From: Gaiellaceae bacterium
Lineage (GTDB): Bacteria > Actinomycetota > Thermoleophilia > Gaiellales > Gaiellaceae
Direction: 5' to 3'
DNA length: 39,285 bases
Assembly: GCA_033856995.1 (NCBI GenBank)
Contig: JAWVDY010000138.1
Span: 1 to 39,285 of the forward strand
Shown: positions 16,114-28,971 of the stretch, piece after piece
How the letters are laid out: each line of letters opens with the position of its first letter
How positions within the stretch are numbered: position 1 is the first letter of the stretch
Program-made: the position numbers and the translations under genes
Notes under the pieces: generated by a model
What the model was told of the DNA's origin: nothing
Database searches by the model: none
The model's input: the letters and a program-made list of their open reading frames with translations, nothing else

Positions 16114-16689
16114 CTACGCCAGCGGACGTTTCCGGGCCACTCCCGGACGCCGTGGGAACCCCGGTGGCGTAGGCGCAAGCTTGCGCAGGACGAGCAAACC
16201 GGGAGGCGCGTCCACCAGCTCCGCGCCCAGCTGCTCCGCGACCCGTGCCACGCGGTCGGCCTGCGCCGTCGGGCCGACGTAGAGCACCGCCGCGCCGCCC
16301 GGAGCGACGAGCGGCAGGCACCACTCGGCGGCGACCGGCGGCGGCGCGAGCGCCTTCGCGACGGCCACCCCCCAGGCGTCGAGCGGCTGTTCCTCCGCCC
16401 GGCCGCACACCACCTGCACGTTCGGAAGCTCACGCCCCCAGCGCTCGAGGAAGTCGCACTTGCGGCGCGTCGCCTCGAGCAGCGTCACCTCGCGCTCGGG
16501 CAACGCGTGAGCGAGCGGGATTCCGGGCGCGCCCCCGCCGGAGCCGACGTCCACGATCGGCCCTTCGAAGCTCCGCACGACCTCGAGCGCCGCGAGGCTC
16601 TCGTCGACGTGCACGCGGCGGGCTTCGCTGCGCGAGACCGCGGTCAGGCCCGGGGTCGCGACGAGATCGTCGAGCCAGCGCTCGATCAC
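16114..16689 (-). CDS. rsmG: 16S rRNA (guanine527-N7)-methyltransferase RsmG (GidB)
   Basis: The SAM motif region reads VDVGSGGGAPGIPLAHALPEREVTLLEATRRKCDFLE...VVCGRAEE...VAKALAPP. The GTG start overlaps the jag stop (GTGA at 16686-16689). The track ORF extension to 17442 is an Arg-rich shadow frame. Confidence 0.85.
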   Translation of the reverse strand: MIERWLDDLVATPGLTAVSRSEARRVHVDESLAALEVVRSFEGPIVDVGSGGGAPGIPLAHALPEREVTLLEATRRKCDFLERWGRELPNVQVVCGRAEEQPLDAWGVAVAKALAPPPVAAEWCLPLVAPGGAAVLYVGPTAQADRVARVAEQLGAELVDAPPGLLVLRKLAPTPPGFPRRPGVARKRPLA

Positions 16690-17384
16690 ACGGGGTCGAT
16701 CACGACGAAGCGGTTGGGCTCGGTGCCCTCGCTGCGCGTGACCACGCCCGCGTAGTCCTTCAGGCAGACGTGGACGACCTTGCGCTCGACCGCCGTCATC
16801 GGGTTCAGCTCGACCGACCGGGTCGACGAGACCGCGCGCTCGGCGCTTCTCGTCGCCAGTGCAGCGAGCGTCGCATCGCGGCGAGCCCGGTAGCCGGCGG
16901 CGTCCACTACGACCGCCTTGCGCTCGTCTCCACGGCCGCGCCACACGATCGCGTTCGCGAGGTACTGGATCGCGTCGATGGTCTGGCCATGCTTCCCGAT
17001 CGCGAGCCCGAGCTCGCGGCCGACGAAGGTCGCCGTGAGCGTTTCCTCGTCCTCCACGATCTCGGTCGTCGCCTGCACGCCGATCGCCCGGAGGATGTGC
17101 TCGAGCACCTCGCGCACCTCGGCGGACAGGTCGCTCTCGTCGACGGGATCGGCCGTGGGCGCCTTCACCGCAGCGGGCGCCTCGACCGACGCGATCACGC
17201 GCGCCGGCGCGTAGCCCACGCCGAGCAGGCCGCGCTCGCCCTCGGAGACGACCTGGAACCGGACCGCGGCTTTGTCGATCCCGGGCCGCAGCTTCTCGAG
17301 CTCGCGCAGCGCGGCCCACTTGGCCTCGCCGACGGTCTCGCCGGTCGCCTCGACCTGAACGGACTCGGTCTGAGCTTCGCTCAT
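16686..17384 (-). CDS. jag: Jag/KhpB RNA-binding protein (Jag_N, KH and R3H domains)
   Basis: The sequence runs MSEAQTESVQVEATGETVGEAKWAALRELEK...GLAIGKHGQTIDAIQYLANAI...VVVDAAGYRARRDATLAALA...LNPMTAVERKVVHVCLKDYAGVVTRSEGTEPNRFVVI. GGAGGG lies upstream of ATG 17384. Confidence 0.85.
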   Translation of the reverse strand: MSEAQTESVQVEATGETVGEAKWAALRELEKLRPGIDKAAVRFQVVSEGERGLLGVGYAPARVIASVEAPAAVKAPTADPVDESDLSAEVREVLEHILRAIGVQATTEIVEDEETLTATFVGRELGLAIGKHGQTIDAIQYLANAIVWRGRGDERKAVVVDAAGYRARRDATLAALATRSAERAVSSTRSVELNPMTAVERKVVHVCLKDYAGVVTRSEGTEPNRFVVIDPV

Positions 17385-17460
17385 CCGACACCCTCCAACT
17401 GGGCGTGTCGATCGGGCTTGCGCCGCGAGTACGCGCGACCAAACCAAACGCGTAGCGTGG

Positions 17461-18264
17461 TCACCGCCGGGCCTGCTTCTTCCGCTTCACGCGCCGCGGC
17501 TGCGAAGGTGTCGCGGGAGCAGGGGCCGGCTCGGTCGTCTCCTCGGCGGGAGCGGCCTCCTTCGGCGGCGTGCGCGAGGACCGCTTCTCGGGCGGCTGCG
17601 GCCGCGGCATCAGCCGGCGCGTAATCAGGCCCTGGCCGACCGTCCACAGGTTGGTCGTCATCCAGTAGAGGACGAGCCCGACCTTGAAGTTGATGACGAA
17701 GGGGATGAAGGCGATCGGCAGGACGAGCAGCATGATCCGCTGCGACTTCTCCGCGGTCGCGCTCATGAAGTAGCTCGACGCGAGCTGGCTCAGCGCGTAG
17801 ACCGCGATCAGGAGCGGGCCCCAGCCGACCGCGGCCTTGTGCGTGATGTTCACGAGCCCGAGCCACGAGAGGTTGTCGCCGGCCTGGTGGGGGAAGTGCT
17901 TCAGCACCAGGTACAGCGAGATGAAGACCGGGAACTGCGCCAGCAGCGGCAGGCACGACGAGGCCGGGTTGATGTTGTTCTCCTTGTAGAACTTCATCAG
18001 CTCTTCCTGCTGGCGCTTCTTGTCGGTCTTGTACTTCTTCTGGAGCTCCTTCATCTGCGGCGCGTGGCGCTGCAGGTTCTGCATCGAGTGGATCTGCCGC
18101 ACGGTCAGCGGGACGAGCAGGAGCCGCACGATCACGGTCAGCGCGACGATCGACCATGCCCAGGGCAGGCCGACCGTGCCGTGCGGCCCGAGCCAGCGAA
18201 GGACGTGGCGAAGGACGTTCTCGAGCGGCGTGAGCGGCGAGCCGAGGATCAGCTGCAGGATCAT
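17461..18264 (-). CDS. yidC: Membrane protein insertase YidC/Oxa1 (short form)
   Basis: The diagnostic region is WSIVALTVIVRLLLVPLTVRQIHSMQNLQRHAPQMKELQKKYKTDKKRQQEELMKFYKENNINPASSCLPLLAQFPVFISLY. ATG 18264 overlaps the yidD stop (ATGA). Confidence 0.9.
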   Translation of the reverse strand: MILQLILGSPLTPLENVLRHVLRWLGPHGTVGLPWAWSIVALTVIVRLLLVPLTVRQIHSMQNLQRHAPQMKELQKKYKTDKKRQQEELMKFYKENNINPASSCLPLLAQFPVFISLYLVLKHFPHQAGDNLSWLGLVNITHKAAVGWGPLLIAVYALSQLASSYFMSATAEKSQRIMLLVLPIAFIPFVINFKVGLVLYWMTTNLWTVGQGLITRRLMPRPQPPEKRSSRTPPKEAAPAEETTEPAPAPATPSQPRRVKRKKQARR

Positions 18265-18509
18265 CGGAAGAGCCTCCGGTCGTGAGCGTAGTCGACCCCG
18301 CCGCGGCTCCACGGATTGCAGCGCAGGAGCCGCCAGACGGCAAGCGCCGACCCGCGAACGAGCCCGTACCGGCGGAGCGCGTCGAGCGCGTACTGCGAGC
18401 AGGTCGGGTGGTACTTGCACGACCCGCGAGAGAGCAGGCCGAAGCTCCAGCGCCACGCGTACACGAGCGCGAGACCGAGATAGGAAGGCATGCGTAGCGC
18501 GAGCCTCAC
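18261..18509 (-). CDS. yidD: Membrane protein insertion efficiency factor YidD
   Basis: The conserved motif is CKYHPTCSQYALDALRRYGLVRGSALAVWRLLRCNPWSRGGVD. GTG 18509 overlaps the rnpA stop (GTGA), and ATG 18491 is an alternative start. Confidence 0.85.
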   Translation of the reverse strand: MRLALRMPSYLGLALVYAWRWSFGLLSRGSCKYHPTCSQYALDALRRYGLVRGSALAVWRLLRCNPWSRGGVDYAHDRRLFR

Positions 18510-18856
18510 GCCGCGGCCTTTCCGAGGATCTCGTCCACCCGCTCGCCGAGCCAGTCGAAGCCCCGCGTCTCGACCGCCTCGGCCAGCCCGGGCCTGACGA
18601 CGAGCACGTAGTCCTGGTCCTGCGGTAGCTCGGGCAGGCGCTCGCGGAAGAGCTCGCGGAGATGACGCTTCATCTTGTTGCGGACGACCGCCGGGCCGAC
18701 GGCCTTCGGGACCGCGAGACCGAGCCGCGCCGAGGCGTCCGTGCCCTCTTCACGCGCGAACCAGTACAAGACGAGGTAGCGCGTGGAGACCGAGCGGCCG
18801 TGCCGGTAGACCGCATCGAAGTCGCGCGAGCGCGAGAGGCGGTGGCGGCGTTGCAC
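18506..18856 (-). CDS. rnpA: Ribonuclease P protein component
   Basis: The sequence is VQRRHRLSRSRDFDAVYRHGRSVSTRYLVLYWFAR...LGLAVPKAVGPAVVRNKMKRHLRE...DYVLVVRPG. GTG 18856 lies 18 nt downstream of the rpmH stop. The upstream track extension is a shadow frame. Confidence 0.8.
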   Translation of the reverse strand: MQRRHRLSRSRDFDAVYRHGRSVSTRYLVLYWFAREEGTDASARLGLAVPKAVGPAVVRNKMKRHLRELFRERLPELPQDQDYVLVVRPGLAEAVETRGFDWLGERVDEILGKAAA

Positions 18857-18873
18857 GCTCGTGTCCAGCGAGC

Positions 18874-19008
18874 TCAGGCCGAGAGGCGCTTGCGGCCCCT
18901 CGCGCGGCGGCGCTTGAGGATCACGCGGCCGGCGCGGGTGGACATGCGAGCGCGGAAGCCGTGCTTCCGCTTCCGCCTGCGCACGTTTGGCTGATAGGTC
19001 CGTTTCAC
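18874..19008 (-). CDS. rpmH: 50S ribosomal protein L34
   Basis: Not in the track because it is under 60 aa. Reverse-strand translation from GTG 19008 gives (M)[43 protein letters not shown] followed by a stop codon. Confidence 0.9.
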   Translation of the reverse strand: MKRTYQPNVRRRKRKHGFRARMSTRAGRVILKRRRARGRKRLSA

Positions 19009-19175
19009 AGTCGAGTGAGGGAAGAAGAACCGCCCGATTCCCGGGCGGCGCCGGGCCAGTATAGACGAGGGGTGAGAGGTGCCAGTCCACGGACTTCGGG
19101 ACGCACAAGCGGCACTCGAATCGTGGGGCGGCCGCGCCTCGGACCGATGCTAGCGTCGCCTCATCCGACAGCACC

Positions 19176-19191
19176 GTCCACACCTGTGGAC
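19176..19191. promoter_or_regulatory. Inverted pair of DnaA-box-like sites (GTCCACA-CC-TGTGGAC) in the rpmH-dnaA intergenic region
   Basis: CCGTCCACA (19174-19182) and the reverse complement of TGTGGACGC (19185-19193, reading GCGTCCACA) each match TTGTCCACA at 7/9 positions. Weaker boxes occur at 19083-19091 (CAGTCCACG), 19197-19205 (rc CATTCCACA) and 19235-19243 (TCTTCCACG). Confidence 0.5.
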
Positions 19192-19288
19192 GCGGGTGTG
19201 GAATGCAGGATTTTCCCTGCAAATCTAGCTGTTTTCTTCCACGTTCGGCCGCTTCGAGGCCGCGTTGTAGGGCCGCCGCGACGCTGCT

Positions 19289-20677
19289 ATGCTCGCCCCT
19301 CGCCAGTTCCCTAGAAGGAGTGCTGCCGGCGGCGTGGAGCCCTCAATCGAGCTGACTGCGGAAGGCCTATGGAGCGAGGTATCTGGTCGGCTCAGAGGCG
19401 CCCTCAACGAGACGACGTACCGCACGTGGTTCGGCCACGTGGAGGGTCTCGAGCTGAAAGACGACGAGTTCGTGCTCGCCGTCCCAAACGACTTCACGCG
19501 CGACTGGATCGAGGGACATTTCATCGGTCTGATCAGCGCTGCCGTGGGCGACACCACGGGCCGCGAGCGGCGGATTCAGCTCGCCGTCGCCGAGTCCACG
19601 GGCGAACAGGCCGAGGCGGTCGAGGTTCACCGCCGCGAGTCCCCGGGCGGGGGATTCAACGCGAAGTACACCTTCGACTCCTTCGTGATCGGCTCGTCGA
19701 ATCGCTTCGCACACGCGGCCGCGCTGGCCGTCGCCGAGGCGCCCGCCCAAGCGTACAACCCGCTGTTCATCTACGGCGGCACGGGCCTCGGGAAGACCCA
19801 CCTCTTGCAGGCGATCGCGCAGTACGTCAGCGAGCACCAGGGCGAGCTCTCGGTGCGCTACGTGACGAGCGAGACCTTCATGAACGACTTCATCAACGCG
19901 CTGCGCGACAAGCGGATCGAGGGGTTCAAGCAGCGCTACCGCACCTACGACCTGCTCCTGATCGACGACATCCAGTTCTTCGAGCACAAGGAGCGGATCC
20001 AGGAGGAGTTCTTCCACACCTTCAACACGATCTACGAGGCCGGCGGCCAGATCGCGATCTCGTCCGACCGACCGCCGAAGGAGATCTCGACGCTCGAGGA
20101 GCGGCTGCGCTCGCGGTTCGAGTGGGGGCTGATCACGGACATCCAGCCGCCCGACCTGGAGACGCGCATCGCGATCCTGCGGAAGAAGGTGATGGCCGAC
20201 AACATCCACGTGCCCGATCCAAAGGTGCTCGAGTTCATCGCCGGCCGGATCTCCTCCAACATCCGCGAGCTCGAGGGGGCCCTCACACGGGTCGTCGCAT
20301 TCTCATCGCTGACCGGCCGTCCGATGACCGAGGACCTCGCCCAGGACGTGCTCAAGGACGTCTTCCCGCAGGGCGAAGTGCAGCAGGTCTCGATCGAGCG
20401 GATCCAGGCGCTCGTCTCCGAGCGCTTCGGGCTTTCGCTCGAAGAGCTCTGCAGTGACCGGCGCTCGCAGAACATCGTCTACCCCCGCCAGGTCGCGATG
20501 TATCTGTCGCGCGAGCTGACCGACTCCTCGCTGCCGAAGATCGGCAAGCAGTTCGGCGGGCGCGACCACACGACGGTGATCCACGCGACTTCGAAGATCT
20601 CGCGCATGATTCGCGAGGATCGGGATGTGTACAACCTGGTGCAAGAGTTGACCGCGCGCGTCAAGCAGGCCCGGTGA
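19289..20677 (+). CDS. dnaA: Chromosomal replication initiator protein DnaA
   Basis: The N-terminal region reads [22 protein letters not shown]. The AAA+ Walker A is [17 protein letters not shown] and the Walker B is LLLIDDIQF. The DNA-binding domain IV includes [42 protein letters not shown]. An alternative start is in-frame GTG 19334, 13 nt after GAAGGAG. Confidence 0.95.
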   Translation: MLAPRQFPRRSAAGGVEPSIELTAEGLWSEVSGRLRGALNETTYRTWFGHVEGLELKDDEFVLAVPNDFTRDWIEGHFIGLISAAVGDTTGRERRIQLAVAESTGEQAEAVEVHRRESPGGGFNAKYTFDSFVIGSSNRFAHAAALAVAEAPAQAYNPLFIYGGTGLGKTHLLQAIAQYVSEHQGELSVRYVTSETFMNDFINALRDKRIEGFKQRYRTYDLLLIDDIQFFEHKERIQEEFFHTFNTIYEAGGQIAISSDRPPKEISTLEERLRSRFEWGLITDIQPPDLETRIAILRKKVMADNIHVPDPKVLEFIAGRISSNIRELEGALTRVVAFSSLTGRPMTEDLAQDVLKDVFPQGEVQQVSIERIQALVSERFGLSLEELCSDRRSQNIVYPRQVAMYLSRELTDSSLPKIGKQFGGRDHTTVIHATSKISRMIREDRDVYNLVQELTARVKQAR

Positions 20678-20791
20678 AGCTGGGGACGGATCCGTCGGCG
20701 AGCTCGGCCCCTGTAGACAAGGCCGTTTCCTCCCCAGGGCGCACCCACAGCCCAACCCCGCTCCCAGAGCCGGAACACGGTGTCTTCCCCG

Positions 20792-20813
20792 TACTCCACA
20801 CTCTCTACTACTA
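20792..20813 (+). promoter_or_regulatory. Candidate origin unwinding module: DnaA-box-like TACTCCACA + CTA CTA CTA (DnaA-trio-like) followed by an AT-rich tract
   Basis: The sequence is gTACTCCACActctCTACTACTACgacaaaggaaattcataaATG. The box matches TTATCCACA at 7/9 positions. The three tandem CTA units give 3'-GAT-5' on the complementary strand. This is the most AT-rich stretch of the dnaA-dnaN spacer. Confidence 0.4.
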
Positions 20814-20832
20814 CGACAAAGGAAATTCATAA

Positions 20833-21966
20833 ATGATGGAAACAGAAGCTGTGGTTGCACAGGGAACGCTCAAGGTCACCTGTCCTCGCGACGAGCTGTC
20901 GCGTGCGCTCGGCGTCGTCTCACGCGGCGTCTCGACGCGCACCACTGTCCAGATCCTGGCCGGCATCCTGCTCCACGGATCCGACGGGAAGCTCGACCTC
21001 GCCGCGACCGATATGGAGCTCTCCCTGCGCACCTCGATGGAGGCGCAGATCGAGACGGAGGGGTCGGTTGTCGTGCCGGGCCGGCTGCTGCTCGAGCTAG
21101 CGCGGCTGCTGCCCGACGCCGAGGTCTCCATCGAGCACAAGCTCGAGGAGGCAGCCGTCGAGATTCGCTCTGGCTCGGCGAGCTACCGGCTGCACACCTA
21201 CAACGCCGAGGACTTTCCGCGGCTGCCCGATGCCGACGCCGTCGACCGGCACGACGTCGAGCGCGAGACGCTGCTCGAGACCGTTGCGCGGGTCAGCCGC
21301 TCTGCGTCCCGGGACGAGTCGAGGCCGGTGCTCACCGGTGTTTTGATGCGCTTCGAGCCGGGAAAGCTCGTGATGGCAGCGACCGACTCGTACCGCCTGT
21401 CGGTGAAGGAGACGGCGGTGGAGGGCTCGGTGCCCGAGCTCGAGGCGATCGTCCCGGCGCGGGCGCTAGGGGAGCTGGCGCGCATCGCCCAGACCGGCGA
21501 GCGGATCGAGCTCGGCGTGCACGAGAACCAGGTCGTCTTCTCGACCGGTGACGCGCTCCTGACGACGCGTCGCATCGACGGGCAGTTCCCGAACTACAAG
21601 CAGCTCGTGCCGGAGGCCTTCGACCACGAGCTCCCGCTGCCGCGAGAGGAGCTGCTGGACGTCGTGCGCCGCGTCTCGGTGATGGCGCAGCGCAACTCGC
21701 CGCTGCGATTGCGCTTCGCGGACGGGGAGCTGACGGTGTCCGCACAAACCCAGGACGTGGGCGAGGCCCGCGAGTCGCTGCCGGTCTCGTTCACCGGCGA
21801 GCCGCTCGAGATCGGGTTCAACGCCGAGTTCCTGCGCGACGGCGTCGAGTCGGTGATCGGCGAGCAGCTGCGCATGAAGCTGATTAGCCCGCTTCGGCCG
21901 GCGGTGTTGCAGGGCGAGTCGGACGACTTCCTCTACCTGATTATGCCGATACGTTTGGCGGGATAG
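20833..21966 (+). CDS. dnaN: DNA polymerase III beta sliding clamp
   Basis: The sequence begins LKVTCPRDELSRALGVVSRGVSTRTTVQILAGILLHGSDGKLDLAATDMELSLR and ends ...SPLRPAVLQGESDDFLYLIMPIRL. AAAGGAAA lies 8 nt upstream of the ATG. Confidence 0.95.
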   Translation: MMETEAVVAQGTLKVTCPRDELSRALGVVSRGVSTRTTVQILAGILLHGSDGKLDLAATDMELSLRTSMEAQIETEGSVVVPGRLLLELARLLPDAEVSIEHKLEEAAVEIRSGSASYRLHTYNAEDFPRLPDADAVDRHDVERETLLETVARVSRSASRDESRPVLTGVLMRFEPGKLVMAATDSYRLSVKETAVEGSVPELEAIVPARALGELARIAQTGERIELGVHENQVVFSTGDALLTTRRIDGQFPNYKQLVPEAFDHELPLPREELLDVVRRVSVMAQRNSPLRLRFADGELTVSAQTQDVGEARESLPVSFTGEPLEIGFNAEFLRDGVESVIGEQLRMKLISPLRPAVLQGESDDFLYLIMPIRLAG

Positions 21967-22066
21967 GCAAATCGAGCGCATCGACCGGTCATTTCAGACA
22001 GGCGCTCGGGCAAAGCCCGATCACCCTGAATCCGGCACCGCAAGCGGCGCCGTGGTCGCGGGCTAA

Positions 22067-23143
22067 CTGATCGTCACCGCGGTAGCGCTCAGGGACTTTC
22101 GCTCCTACTCCAAGCTCGACCTGAGACTGGAGCCGGGGCTCGTTCTTGTCACGGGCCCGAACGGCGCCGGCAAGACGAACCTGCTTGAGTCCCTCCACGT
22201 CGGGACGCAGGGGTTCTCGCCGCGAACGCGCACCGACGCGCAGCTCGTTCGCTTCGGGCACAACGCAGCGCGGGTCGCTCTTCGCGGCGACCGCGGCGGC
22301 GTGGGGCTCGAGCTGGAGGTCACGCTCGAGCTCGGCAGCGGCAAGCGGGCGGCCGTGAACGGCGCCCGGCTGAGGGCCGCCGAGCAGCTCCGCAGCGAGG
22401 TGACGACGCTCGTCTTCACCCCCGACCGGCTCGTCGTTGTGAAAGGCGGTCCTGCAGCGAGGCGCGCGTACTTCGACCGCGTGCTCGGGCGGCTCGCGCC
22501 GTCGCGAGCGGGTCTTTCGGCGGAGTACGGAGCCGCGGTCGGCCAACGCAATGCCGCGCTGCGGCGGGTGGCTCAGGGCGTCTCGTCCCGCGAGGCGCTC
22601 GCGCCCTGGAACGAGCAGGTCGGCCGTCTCGCCGCCGAGCTTGTCTCCGGCCGGCACGAGACGGTCGAGGCGTTGCAGCCGTGGTTTGCCGAGCGCGCAG
22701 GCGAGCTCGGGCTCCCGCAGGCCGAGCTGCGCTACGACGGCGAGGCGCCGACCGCCTCGCAGTTGGACGAGCGGGTCGATCGCGACCTCGAGCGCGGAGC
22801 CACCGGAATCGGCCCGCACCTCGACGACCTCGGCGTGCTCTCAGCCGGCCGCGACCTGCGGACGTTCGGCTCCCAGGGCGAGCAGCGCCTGGCCGTGCTC
22901 GCGCTGCTGCTCGGCGAGGTGGAGCTGCTCGAGGAGCGGCGCGGCACGAGGCCGCTGCTGCTGCTGGACGACGTGCTCTCCGAGCTCGACGGAGACCGCC
23001 GCCGCATCCTCACCGACCGCTTGCGTGTTTCGGGCCAGGCGCTGGTCACGAGCGCCGGCCGCAGTGCCCTTCCCGGCGAGCCGTCGCAGCTGCTCGAGGT
23101 GGCGCAGCGAGAGGACGGAACCAGTGAGGTACGCGCAGGATGA
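22067..23143 (+). CDS. recF: DNA replication and repair protein RecF (probable non-canonical CTG or ATC start)
   Basis: In-frame translation from 22067 gives LIVTAVALRDFRSYSKLDLRLEPGLVLVTGPNGAGKTNLLESLHVG... (Walker A) and continues into track ORF 22301..23143, which carries the signature and Walker B (LLLLDDVLSELD). An in-frame TAA lies at 22064-22066. There is no ATG, GTG or TTG before 22301. Confidence 0.85.
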   Translation: MIVTAVALRDFRSYSKLDLRLEPGLVLVTGPNGAGKTNLLESLHVGTQGFSPRTRTDAQLVRFGHNAARVALRGDRGGVGLELEVTLELGSGKRAAVNGARLRAAEQLRSEVTTLVFTPDRLVVVKGGPAARRAYFDRVLGRLAPSRAGLSAEYGAAVGQRNAALRRVAQGVSSREALAPWNEQVGRLAAELVSGRHETVEALQPWFAERAGELGLPQAELRYDGEAPTASQLDERVDRDLERGATGIGPHLDDLGVLSAGRDLRTFGSQGEQRLAVLALLLGEVELLEERRGTRPLLLLDDVLSELDGDRRRILTDRLRVSGQALVTSAGRSALPGEPSQLLEVAQREDGTSEVRAG

Positions 23144-23607
23144 TGGAGCCGATCGGCAGCGAGGTGCGGCGTGAGCTCGGACGCTTTGGCAGCGCGGGCG
23201 AGATGGCCGACCTCGTCGCGGTCTGGCCAGGAGCGGTCGGCGAGACGCTCGCCGCCAACGCGTGGCCTGCTCGCCTGGGCCGCGACGGGACGCTGCTCGT
23301 TGCTGCGTCGTCGTCGACCTGGGCGTTCGAGCTGCAGCAGCTCGAGTCGGAGATCGCCGGCCGCCTGCTAGAGGCGCTCGGCGAAGCCGCTCCGGCCCGG
23401 TTGCGCTTTGCTCCGGGCCCGCTCCCGGAGCTCCCGCAGCCCGATGATGGGACCCGCCGTTCGCCGGTCCCGGAGCCGACACTCGAGCAGGCGCGCGAGG
23501 CTGCGGAGCTGGCCGCTCCGATCGAGTCGGAGGAACTTCGCAAATCGGTAGAAAAAGCTGCGCGATTGAGCCTGGCGCGCGCCGGTGACGGCCGCGCCGT
23601 CTGGTAA
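23140..23607 (+). CDS. dciA: DUF721 protein (DciA-type helicase-loading factor family)
   Basis: The DUF721 pattern is visible in LVAVWPGAVGETLAANAWPARLGRDGTLLVAASSSTWAFELQQLESEIAGRL. The gene occupies the conserved recF-DUF721-gyrB position. ATG overlaps the recF stop (ATGA). Confidence 0.8.
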   Translation: MMEPIGSEVRRELGRFGSAGEMADLVAVWPGAVGETLAANAWPARLGRDGTLLVAASSSTWAFELQQLESEIAGRLLEALGEAAPARLRFAPGPLPELPQPDDGTRRSPVPEPTLEQAREAAELAAPIESEELRKSVEKAARLSLARAGDGRAVW

Positions 23608-28588
<4,981 letters not shown>

Positions 28589-28604
28589 GTTCGCACTGGT
28601 TGCT

Positions 28605-28620
28605 CTTCCATAACTGGAAG
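28605..28620. promoter_or_regulatory. Palindrome CTTCCA-TAAC-TGGAAG in the AT-richer gyrA/MerR-like intergenic region
   Basis: Read directly. ATAACT recurs at 28610-28615 and 28630-28635, 20 bp apart. A GGGAGG SD precedes ATG 28672. The element could be an operator or a weak hairpin. Confidence 0.3.
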
Positions 28621-28671
28621 CAGGTCGCTATAACTTTCAACAAGGAAGCACCGGCGCGGGAGGCGTAAGGA

Positions 28672-28971
28672 ATGGCGTACGACAAGGCAGCAGACTTTCT
28701 CGAGCCGATCGACCTGGCCGAGCACCTCGACAAGATCGAGCTCTACCTCGGGCAGGTGTGCCAGATCGCCGGCATCTCGAAGATGCAGCTCGACTACTGG
28801 ACCAACAAGGCCCAGATCCCCACGAAGGGGAACAAGCAGCGCATCTACGACATCGAGGCGCTCGAGACGGTGATGCTGATCAAGCAGGCGAAGGACAAGG
28901 GCCTGAACCTGGGCGCGGCCATCGAGGCCGCGCGGCGCTTCCGCGAGACCGACGGCACGCCCGCGAGCTAG
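28672..28971 (+). CDS. MerR-family helix-turn-helix protein (99 aa)
   Basis: LYLGQVCQIAGISKMQLDYWTNKAQIPTKGNKQRIYDIEALETVMLIKQAKDKGLNL fits the MerR HTH and wing pattern. GC3 is high and the SD is strong. Confidence 0.7.
   Translation: MAYDKAADFLEPIDLAEHLDKIELYLGQVCQIAGISKMQLDYWTNKAQIPTKGNKQRIYDIEALETVMLIKQAKDKGLNLGAAIEAARRFRETDGTPAS

Noticed and set aside
14473-19288. Search for parS sites (TGTTTCACGTGAAACA-like) near parAB and the origin
   Set aside because: Only a half-site-like CGTTTCAC at 19000-19007, inside the rpmH start region, was seen, with no palindromic partner. The CACGTG occurrences elsewhere lack the flanking GTTTC/GAAAC. I could not scan 39 kb exhaustively by eye, so absence is not proven.
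20678-20700. Perfect 12-bp palindrome GACGGATCCGTC just after the dnaA stop, as a terminator or operator
   Set aside because: As a hairpin it would have no loop, and no T-tract follows. A single GC-rich palindrome of this size is not compelling without conservation data.
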